From IMG/VR virus record IMGVR_UViG_3300032401_000004: DNA of 64,000 nt; one strand, given 5' to 3'. This DNA is from an uncultured virus (IMG/VR IMGVR_UViG_3300032401_000004). Its lineage: Duplodnaviria > Heunggongvirae > Uroviricota > Caudoviricetes. Of this stretch, positions 45,944 to 53,616 are shown one piece after another (position 1 is the stretch's first letter; the number at the start of each line of letters is the position of its first letter). The position numbers and the translations under genes are program-made. The notes under the pieces are model-generated. The model did no database searches and was not told the origin of the DNA. It saw only the letters and a list, made by a program, of their open reading frames with translations.

Positions 45944-47476
45944 CTACACCCACTCGTAGCCGAGCGTGTACAGGATGGAGCTGGCGAGGTTTCCGGCTTC
46001 GTCTTCCTCCTCGCCCTCCCCGCTATCGTGCTTATCCTTGAGCTTGGTGAGAAAACGGTACATTGCCTCGGCGTTGAGAACACGGATGCCGAGCTTGTCC
46101 GAATACTTTGATTCAAACTCTTCAATACCCCCCTTGTTGAGGTTGATCCCAAGATCAAGCACCGCGTTTTTCCCCTCGCCGACCAGCTCCATCGGGTAAG
46201 GGTAGTGGCCTTCGGTGCGCTCCACGAACTCTTCTTCTGTGGGCATGTCCCCGTAGGGCAAGCGCTTGAACTCGCCCTCCCACTCGCCGAAGCCTTTGAT
46301 GGACTTGCTGCCGCTGACCTTGTCCACGTCCTTCGGCGACACGCCGATGGTGCCCGCCTGGTCCCACTTCACGTAGAGCAGACCACCGCCGGGGCCTGGC
46401 AGGTACGTGCGCTTGCCGAAGCCTGGCATCGTGGTGACGCTGCCCTCCTCGCCGGGCTCTGGGTGGTGCGTGTAAAGCACGAGGCTGCCTGGCGACGGGT
46501 TGAAGCGCACGCGGGTGCCTTGACGTGAGCGGGCCGAGACTTCACCGAGGCCACGAGGTAGCGTTCCGTCCGGCATGGGCAGTCCGAAGCGATGCGCGGT
46601 TTCGTCGTAGCGGTGCCGAAGCTCCCTCAAACGGGCACCTGATAGGTGGTGTTCGATCTCAACCGTGCGCATTGAGGTGGAGAACTTTTCACCTTTTGAA
46701 ACGAGAGCTATGAGATCCGACATGGCTGCCTGCATCGCCGGATCTGGAGCATGCTCGCTGAGGCCGTCCGAGCGCGAGCGCGAGCGAGGACGGATGGTGC
46801 GCTTGCCCATGACCTCGATCATCTCGCTGGATCCTCCCGGCCCCACGTCCACGATGCGCATGCCGTTCTGGAACATGGAGTCGGGTGTGCCTCCGCGCTT
46901 GATCATCGCCTTCTGGGCGGCCTCTTTGGTGTTGTGAGTGGACAACACGCGGTCGTCCATGATGCCCTCGGCTTTGACGAGCGCCCAGTTCAGCCCTTCT
47001 AGATCTCTCGCAGTGCCCGTGCCCCAGTTTGCATCGTCGTCGGGGTTCAACCCCTCGCGCTTCGCCCCCGTCCTGGTGAGCACACGCGCCGTTGCCTGCA
47101 AAGCTGGCGGGAGATTCTCAACAGCTTCCTTAGCGTCACTGGCGTAGCTGTTGCCCGCCATGATTTTCTTGCCGCGCGGTGTAGTCACGACCACAAAGTG
47201 TGTGTAACCCTCGGGGGTGTGCTCTGGACGGTTCATACCTTCGAACTGCTCCGTGACTCCTTCTCCTTTTGCGCCGTTGAGCGGCTCGCCGCCGTCCACC
47301 GCTGTCACGAAGCCTTTACCGTCCACCACCAGCCCCGCCTTGAGCGCGGCGCGCACAGCGTCGGCCTTGTTGCGGTAAAACATCTGGTTGTCCCCGATGC
47401 GCAAGAGCTGGTCGCCGAAGACGAAGACGAACGCCTGGTTGGCTTTCGAGTACATGAGACGCTGGGCGTTCGACAT
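45944..47476 (-). CDS. Polyprotein of 5-6 small domains separated by LxG/GLG-type linkers
   Basis: PLNGA, DLEGL, DGLSE, RGLGE and KGFGE at 70-90 aa intervals. Confidence 0.75.
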   Translation of the reverse strand: MSNAQRLMYSKANQAFVFVFGDQLLRIGDNQMFYRNKADAVRAALKAGLVVDGKGFVTAVDGGEPLNGAKGEGVTEQFEGMNRPEHTPEGYTHFVVVTTPRGKKIMAGNSYASDAKEAVENLPPALQATARVLTRTGAKREGLNPDDDANWGTGTARDLEGLNWALVKAEGIMDDRVLSTHNTKEAAQKAMIKRGGTPDSMFQNGMRIVDVGPGGSSEMIEVMGKRTIRPRSRSRSDGLSEHAPDPAMQAAMSDLIALVSKGEKFSTSMRTVEIEHHLSGARLRELRHRYDETAHRFGLPMPDGTLPRGLGEVSARSRQGTRVRFNPSPGSLVLYTHHPEPGEEGSVTTMPGFGKRTYLPGPGGGLLYVKWDQAGTIGVSPKDVDKVSGSKSIKGFGEWEGEFKRLPYGDMPTEEEFVERTEGHYPYPMELVGEGKNAVLDLGINLNKGGIEEFESKYSDKLGIRVLNAEAMYRFLTKLKDKHDSGEGEEEDEAGNLASSILYTLGYEWV

Positions 47477-47482
47477 GATTTA

Positions 47483-48007
47483 TCACGCAGCTTTCTGTGA
47501 ACGGTGCAGGTGTATCGTGCCGTTCTTTGTCTTTCTGAGAATCTCACGTACCGGAGCAGCGCATTCCGCCCATGCTCCGATGCACACCGCCTCGGCGAGC
47601 TTCGTCATCAACGGAGGCGCTGAAAGATGCTTTGCGGCGTATTGCGCTGTGGTGAGCTTGGAGCGACCAAACAGGTCGGGCTTCCACTCACGCTTCTTGG
47701 TGCAGTACACAAAGCCTCTGGTGATGTGCGGGGGGAAGCCTTGGGACGCTGCGTAAGACTTCGAGGTGTCGATGACGACCAACGGCAGGTCGTACTCATC
47801 GGCTACCTTCTGCGCGTCCTTCAGCCACGACAGACGCCCCGCCTGTGTGCTCACCAGACCGAAGCTCTCCGTGACGAACTCCAAGATCGAGCCGCGAGCG
47901 TTCTGCACGGGGATGTGCAGTGCTACAGCCTCACCTGAGGAGTCGAAGGTCAGCAATACCGCACGGGCTCGCGGGCTTCGTTTTTTCGGCGCAGTACCGG
48001 AAACCAT
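47483..48007 (-). CDS. Hypothetical protein
   Basis: In the operon. Confidence 0.55.
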   Translation of the reverse strand: MVSGTAPKKRSPRARAVLLTFDSSGEAVALHIPVQNARGSILEFVTESFGLVSTQAGRLSWLKDAQKVADEYDLPLVVIDTSKSYAASQGFPPHITRGFVYCTKKREWKPDLFGRSKLTTAQYAAKHLSAPPLMTKLAEAVCIGAWAECAAPVREILRKTKNGTIHLHRSQKAA

Positions 48008-48015
48008 GCCGGAGA

Positions 48016-48369
48016 CTATCGCATCAAAGTGTGCAAGGCGTCTATGGTTAGCCGGATGCGGACGGGCTCGGTGCCTTCAGGATCCGGGTCGATGGCGACA
48101 AACAGCTTGTTGCCTTCCAGGACCGGAAAAAACACAGCCGCCATGGAGGCTTCCCGGCTCATGTAGGTAACCGAGGGGTTGAGCAGCCCCGACGGCACGA
48201 CCTTGCCGGTGCGCCAGTCCAGGAGCTGGACGGGGAGCGTGACCAGGCCCCCCTTGGAGTCGTGCTCGATGTCAAGGATCCAGCGTTTGGAGTTTTGCTC
48301 GCCCTGGAGCTTGGCGTCTGGGGCAAGCTCGATGGCGGCGATGCGGCCGAGGATGCATTGAAGCTTCAT
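48016..48369 (-). CDS. Hypothetical protein
   Basis: In the operon. Confidence 0.6.
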   Translation of the reverse strand: MKLQCILGRIAAIELAPDAKLQGEQNSKRWILDIEHDSKGGLVTLPVQLLDWRTGKVVPSGLLNPSVTYMSREASMAAVFFPVLEGNKLFVAIDPDPEGTEPVRIRLTIDALHTLMR

Positions 48370-48411
48370 AGGGGTTTAGGATTGCGTAGTTATTGCGCTT
48401 ACGCAAGCGTA

Positions 48412-48837
48412 TTACGCTATCATCCAGGTGAGATCCACGATTTCGCTAGTGCCCCCGTCCCGCACGGTCACGATGCCGTCGTACCCGTCCACCACGATTG
48501 CTCTTGACAATGCTCGGCCGCGCTTTTTGTAGTGCAACTCCAACTGCCGTTTCCAGCTGCTGTCGTCGTAGAGGTTGCCGGGCACGAGGTTGAACGGGAT
48601 GACGAGCGGGCGCTTGAAGCGGATGTTGCCGTGTTCCCACTCTCGGGGTATGTGGCGCGTGTTCTTGACGTGGATGAGGTAACGCCCGGCGGGCTCGATG
48701 CGCTGCTGGTAGCGGTCCCCGAGCGCGGCGGGCGGGGACTTATCGGTGTTGCGGGCGAAGATGAACTTGACCGGCACGCCGGTCTCAAAGTGCACGCCGT
48801 ACTCGGTTGCAGTTGCTACTTGCATTCGAAGTTGCAA
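48412..48837 (-). CDS. Possible ADP-ribosyltransferase-like protein
   Basis: G.Y, KRPLVI and DGYDGIV...EIV resemble ART-PolyVal-type motifs. Confidence 0.4.
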   Translation of the reverse strand: MQLRMQVATATEYGVHFETGVPVKFIFARNTDKSPPAALGDRYQQRIEPAGRYLIHVKNTRHIPREWEHGNIRFKRPLVIPFNLVPGNLYDDSSWKRQLELHYKKRGRALSRAIVVDGYDGIVTVRDGGTSEIVDLTWMIA

Positions 48838-48840
48838 CCT

Positions 48841-49341
48841 TCACGCTCTGGCGAACATACCCTGGCCTATCACCGTTCCGCCCACGGCCCAGGTCGGAAT
48901 GCAACGCGTGCCTGCGATGGTGGACGCGGGGACAAGGTCCGAGCGCACGCAGGGCGTCTGCGTCGGCATGCCGCTCGGGTGGATGAAGGCGGTGTAACCG
49001 AGGTTCTTGTACTGGCCGTCCATCACTTGCTTCACGAAGGCCCGAGCCTGTTCCCACCGAGGATGTGACGGGCCCATGGAGTTAAAGCGTGCTCGGCACT
49101 TGCTCGTGTAGCACCACGTAGAGCTGGTGACGACGTCAATGGCGCTGCTCTTGTGCGTGCGCATGCGGTTTAGCGCTACGAAAACGATCTGCGCCATCTC
49201 ATCTCGGGGGTGGGCGAGATCCGTCTCGGTCAAGAGGATGCGAGCGATCACGTCCTGGTCAGACTCACGACGGCTCATGAGCAACAGCAACGCGAGCAGC
49301 GCGCCGCCGCCGAGAGCCCAGCGCTTAGCCTCGGGGGTCAT
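48841..49341 (-). CDS. Membrane-anchored SleB/Hydrolase_2-like cell-wall hydrolase
   Basis: N-terminal TM, then IARILLTE...IVFVALNR...DVV. Confidence 0.6.
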   Translation of the reverse strand: MTPEAKRWALGGGALLALLLLMSRRESDQDVIARILLTETDLAHPRDEMAQIVFVALNRMRTHKSSAIDVVTSSTWCYTSKCRARFNSMGPSHPRWEQARAFVKQVMDGQYKNLGYTAFIHPSGMPTQTPCVRSDLVPASTIAGTRCIPTWAVGGTVIGQGMFARA

Positions 49342-49607
49342 GCGATAGTTCCTCGGTCTTTGGCTCGAATCTCCAGCCGCTGGAATACCGAGGCTTCAGG
49401 GTCTTGACGGTACTGTTCAACACCGTCGGCCCCTAGCCAAGCGCGGGCTCCCGCTTCGCTGTAGACGAGCACGTCGATCACTGCCAGCTCGCCGCCCCGG
49501 CTTGCGGACATGGCGACAGCAAGCTCCGTGGCCTCGCTCCATTTCTTGACGTGCTGCGTCTTTTCGCCCGCGCTGACGGCGAACTCGACGTCCTTGTGTG
49601 TTTTCAC
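49338..49607 (-). CDS. Hypothetical protein
   Basis: GTGA overlap. Confidence 0.55.
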   Translation of the reverse strand: MKTHKDVEFAVSAGEKTQHVKKWSEATELAVAMSASRGGELAVIDVLVYSEAGARAWLGADGVEQYRQDPEASVFQRLEIRAKDRGTIA

Positions 49608-49963
49608 AGCAGCACCATGCGCCGACGGTTGCGCCGGTACAGCCACCATCCGCCGACAGCGGCAGCCGCAGCGACCCACGGCCACAGGTTTTTCTTCTGT
49701 GGGTGTTGCGCTTCGAGCGCCGTGAGCTGGGAGTTGTAGGTGCCCCACTCCCACTTGTTCATGATGTCGCTGAGCGCTTGGTTGGACGAGAGCGCCACGG
49801 CCACGTTGGCGTACGCAGAGTAGAGAGGCTGCAAAGCTTCTTTCGGGGCGTCGAGTTTCCCTGCGCGGGTCTTCAAGTCCTCCCAGGCCTGCTCGACGAA
49901 AGCGGCTGTGACGCCGGGGCCGAGAGAACGGGGATCTGCGCCAATGCGTGGTCCTTGAGCCAT
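49604..49963 (-). CDS. C-terminally membrane-anchored protein
   Basis: LWPWVAAAAAVGGWWLYRR. Confidence 0.65.
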   Translation of the reverse strand: MAQGPRIGADPRSLGPGVTAAFVEQAWEDLKTRAGKLDAPKEALQPLYSAYANVAVALSSNQALSDIMNKWEWGTYNSQLTALEAQHPQKKNLWPWVAAAAAVGGWWLYRRNRRRMVLL

Positions 49964-49965
49964 GA

Positions 49966-50310
49966 TCAGTCCTTCTTTCGACGCTGTTGCCAGCGACGGT
50001 AGCTCTCGGGAATCTTCACGTAGCCCCCTCGGGCTTGATCCTCTGCGTAGGCGGATTCAATGCGCTCGCCTGCATGATCGTCCATCAGCTCGGGATCTTC
50101 CCAGTTGACGTCCACGCCGATCACGCGCCATCCACCGTGTGTGTCGTTGTTCAGGATCGCCTGAGCGATGTTCGCTCGCTCCTCCCAGGCGGTGCCGAAC
50201 GCAAGCGCGCCCCCGTCCGAGGTGACGAAGAAGAGAGGGTAGCCTCCGGGCCAGGCGTAAGGGCCTTGCTTGAGCGCGTTGCCGAAGTCTTTGACGGTCT
50301 CGATTTTCAT
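49966..50310 (-). CDS. Hypothetical phage protein
   Basis: YAWPGGYP...NWED. Confidence 0.65.
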   Translation of the reverse strand: MKIETVKDFGNALKQGPYAWPGGYPLFFVTSDGGALAFGTAWEERANIAQAILNNDTHGGWRVIGVDVNWEDPELMDDHAGERIESAYAEDQARGGYVKIPESYRRWQQRRKKD

Positions 50311-51095
50311 CACGCACCTTGCCCTAGGTAACTACGACCTCTGCTCTCGGCCACCAGCTCCTGGAAGTACTCGGGGCTGACCGGGCGCACGACGACCGCG
50401 CCGCCGAGGCCGCCCAGGCCCGTCAGGCCGTACTGCGGGTCCACGACGGCCACAGGCGTGCCGACCTGGCCTGGCACCGCTGCGACGACGAACAGGCGCT
50501 TGCCGGTGTTGGAGGTGAGCACCTGCGCGGCGCGCACGGCCTCCAGGTACTGCTGCGGGTAGATCTCGCGCTTGTACGTGCGCGGGAACGGATTGTGGCT
50601 CACCACGTAGTTCGGCCTTCCCACAAGTCTGGGCACGCCCTGACTGTTGAACACCAGGCGCTGACCCTTGCGGAACTCGGCGACGGGATGCGCGTTGGGG
50701 AAGTCGCGCATGTAGCCTGAGCCCATCTTCTTTTCACAGCTCGCGCAACCTTCCAGGCCCGAGAGCCCTCGGGGCCGGTTTCGGGGGAAGCGCGAAGCCG
50801 TGTTTGGTGTGGTTCGGGCGCACGCTCGGCATGGGATGCCGCCTCGTGCTCCTGAGCCTTCTCGGCCCCAGCGCACGACACGGAAAGGTTTGCCCTTGAG
50901 CGCGCACAGCGTGCTGCACTCGCGCAGCGCCGGGCCGAGAGCTGCGAAGCGTCGCAGCCAGACCGGAGCCGGGTACGTGGGCATCACGATCTGGTAAGGG
51001 CCTTCGTCGGCCTTACCATAGTCATCAATCGAAAAACCTGCTTGCGCTGCGATGGCCTTCTCGCTGAAGGGATCGAGCGGCGTTGCTGCGAACAT
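50310..51095 (-). CDS. Hypothetical protein with GLSGLEG and GLTGLGGLGG motifs
   Basis: AAGGAGG RBS and CxxC pairs. Confidence 0.7.
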   Translation of the reverse strand: MFAATPLDPFSEKAIAAQAGFSIDDYGKADEGPYQIVMPTYPAPVWLRRFAALGPALRECSTLCALKGKPFRVVRWGREGSGARGGIPCRACARTTPNTASRFPRNRPRGLSGLEGCASCEKKMGSGYMRDFPNAHPVAEFRKGQRLVFNSQGVPRLVGRPNYVVSHNPFPRTYKREIYPQQYLEAVRAAQVLTSNTGKRLFVVAAVPGQVGTPVAVVDPQYGLTGLGGLGGAVVVRPVSPEYFQELVAESRGRSYLGQGA

Positions 51096-51106
51096 GCGCG
51101 GCCTCC

Positions 51107-51487
51107 TTAGGGGATGATGCCAGTGTCGGTGTCCGAGGCGGCTTTGTCGAGGCCTGCCGACAGCTTCACGACGTTCGCGACCTCACGACGTGTTTTGAGG
51201 CCACGGAACATGGTGAAGATGCGAGCGGGCGGCGTCTCGCACTTGGCGTGCAGGTACACGCAGGGTGCGCCCTGCTCCAGGTAGACCGGCGTCATGCGCA
51301 TGCGCGGGTCACTCGCGTTGAAACCCTTGCCACACTGCTGGCAGACACGCCGCCCGTGGTGCAGCGCGACGATGCCGAGCATCCCGTCGGGACCTTCGAT
51401 CATGTCCACTGAGTCGAAGTGGGCGGCGTCGGCCGCCACCTTGTACTCGTCAGCGGTCTCACGGCGGAACAGGAAGTCGATGGCCAT
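51107..51487 (-). CDS. Small Zn-binding protein
   Basis: CQQCG...LHAKC. Confidence 0.6.
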   Translation of the reverse strand: MAIDFLFRRETADEYKVAADAAHFDSVDMIEGPDGMLGIVALHHGRRVCQQCGKGFNASDPRMRMTPVYLEQGAPCVYLHAKCETPPARIFTMFRGLKTRREVANVVKLSAGLDKAASDTDTGIIP

Positions 51488-51542
51488 TCTGGGTAGTCCT
51501 TTGTGTGTGTGCCACTCACCGTTGCACGTGCAATAGCTGCGG

Positions 51543-52385
51543 CTACTTGCGAATGAAGTAGCCGTGAACTCCGAGGCCTGTGTCCCCCTCGAACGCCACA
51601 ATCTTGACGCGAATGTGATGCAGCTTTGGGATCCCGCCGCCGCCGAACGGGATCTTGTGTAACAGGTAAGGGCTCGGAGGGAAGGCACCAAACGCAGGAG
51701 CCCCAGGCCCATAGCTTGTGTAGGCTACGAACTGAACGTAGTGCAATGGGATGATGGGTTGGTTGGCTGCGTCTTCAAACGTCAGCCTCGCCAGTGCCCC
51801 TTTGTCTGCGTATGGGGTGAAGGCTAACGACAACTCGTCGATGCGGTTGGGTTCAAAAGTGTGAACGATGGCATTATCTGGACTGCCAGCTGGGAAAGAT
51901 GCAGGAGACGGCTGCACCGAGGACAGGACGAAACCCACACCCGCATTGGACTTTTGCAAAGCTGCACCAATGAACCTGCGTTCGTCTTCACGCAAAGCCC
52001 CCTGCCCTACTGGCAGATAATAGCCCCACATTTGAGGCCCTACAGGGTAGGGGTCAGCCGCTGCGCTAGATGCAAGCAGTGCCATTTTTACATCCCCACG
52101 CACAGGGTAACCGTCAAGCACTTTTTGAGGCACCCCGACATTCACGCCCGCAGAAATACCACCCCAAGCTAAGCCCACCTTACCGGTCGCGCTTTCCTGG
52201 GACACCACTGCCAAAGTTTGTCCAGCCGCGCTTGCCATGACCCACAAATGCAGCTCGTAGGTCTGTGGAGCTTTGGAGGTCTTGTCGGGCGGCGTAAAGA
52301 TGTCGTTCTGCACTGCTGGCAGGCCCATTCCGACGTGGATTGGTTGGATCATGCCGCCGAAGAGCGGGAGTTTCTGGGAGGCCAT
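51543..52385 (-). CDS. Beta-rich virion protein (double beta-sandwich candidate)
   Basis: Two halves ending WGYY and HGYF. GAGGA RBS. Confidence 0.55.
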   Translation of the reverse strand: MASQKLPLFGGMIQPIHVGMGLPAVQNDIFTPPDKTSKAPQTYELHLWVMASAAGQTLAVVSQESATGKVGLAWGGISAGVNVGVPQKVLDGYPVRGDVKMALLASSAAADPYPVGPQMWGYYLPVGQGALREDERRFIGAALQKSNAGVGFVLSSVQPSPASFPAGSPDNAIVHTFEPNRIDELSLAFTPYADKGALARLTFEDAANQPIIPLHYVQFVAYTSYGPGAPAFGAFPPSPYLLHKIPFGGGGIPKLHHIRVKIVAFEGDTGLGVHGYFIRK

Positions 52386-52684
52386 GCGTTTCCTCAGTTT
52401 CTGGGTGTGACGACCGTAAGACGGTACGCCCACCGCTGTTTTTCTTCAAGAAGCAAACCTAGTTTTAGGTCCCGGCGCGTCTCGTGCTGTTGCAGCTACT
52501 GCGGTTGCTGAGAAAACTGCTTTTTGGCACGCCGCGCAAAGTCTAACTTAGTTAAATACTTACAGTGTATCGCGGTTGAGCTACGCTCTAGGTCGCGTCT
52601 ATCACGGCTGCCGGAAAAGCACAATACTTGTTTTGCTCCCGTGCTGGAAAACTCTTGTAAACTCCTGAACGGATCCTTAGTTAT

Positions 52685-53608
52685 GTGCGGGTGTCGCCCC
52701 GCCCTTCTGCCACCCTCGAAGACTTCAGACGCTACATCAGCACCACGCGCAGCGGTCCCACCGGCCGTCGGTACGTGGTGGCCGCCAGGGCGTTCTTGAC
52801 GTGGTACGCGCAGCTTGGGCTGCCCCTGTCCAAGGCTCCGCGCGACACGCTGATGCGCTACGCCACCGGGCTGCTCGAAGCGGGCTACGAGCCCACGACC
52901 ATCCGCTCGCACTTGGCGGGTCTACACCGCTACCTCAAGTGGTTGCAAAACAAGACCGACATGGAACTGCCGGTGTTCCACGAGGCCGAGCTGCCGTCGA
53001 AAAAACGAAAGGTAAAGCCCACGCTCGCACCGGGCATGTTGTCGGAGTTCTTCCACACGGCCGCGTACCTGGAAGAGCCTGTGCGCACGGCCGCGCTGCT
53101 TTTGCCGTGTTCAGGTCTTCGCTCGGAGGAGATGGTCTCTCTGCCGCTTGGTTGTTTGAAACGCCTGAGCGTGGTGCTCGAAGACGGGAGCAAGAAAGAT
53201 GTTTTGCTCTTGAAGATTGTGGGCAAGGGAGGTCACGAGCGCATCGTCCCCTTGCTCGACGAGGGTGCAGCCGCCATCGTGCAGTATCTCAAGGGTTGGC
53301 GTCGCGAGCAGTCGAGCACGCGCTGGCTCTTCCCTGGTCGCTCGGGGCACCTCGCCACACGCACGCTGCGCAAGGCTGTGCAGAAAGTACGCGAGCACCT
53401 GGGGCCCGGCCACGACTACACGCCGCACAGCATGCGGCGCACGCATCTCACTGGCCTGTACCGCCAGGGCATCACGCCCACCATCCTCGCCAAGCTCGCA
53501 GGTCACGGTGACGTCCAGGTGCTCATCGATCACTACCTTGACCTCAATGAGAATGATCTAGCCAAGTCCGTCCACTCCGCTGGTGGTCGCCTGCTCAACA
53601 ACCCATAG
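52685..53608 (+). CDS. Tyrosine recombinase (XerC/D-like)
   Basis: SAM-like N-domain, SGLRSEE, GKGG, HSMRR, LAGH and DHY. Confidence 0.92.
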   Translation: MRVSPRPSATLEDFRRYISTTRSGPTGRRYVVAARAFLTWYAQLGLPLSKAPRDTLMRYATGLLEAGYEPTTIRSHLAGLHRYLKWLQNKTDMELPVFHEAELPSKKRKVKPTLAPGMLSEFFHTAAYLEEPVRTAALLLPCSGLRSEEMVSLPLGCLKRLSVVLEDGSKKDVLLLKIVGKGGHERIVPLLDEGAAAIVQYLKGWRREQSSTRWLFPGRSGHLATRTLRKAVQKVREHLGPGHDYTPHSMRRTHLTGLYRQGITPTILAKLAGHGDVQVLIDHYLDLNENDLAKSVHSAGGRLLNNP

Positions 53609-53616
53609 GAGACGTC

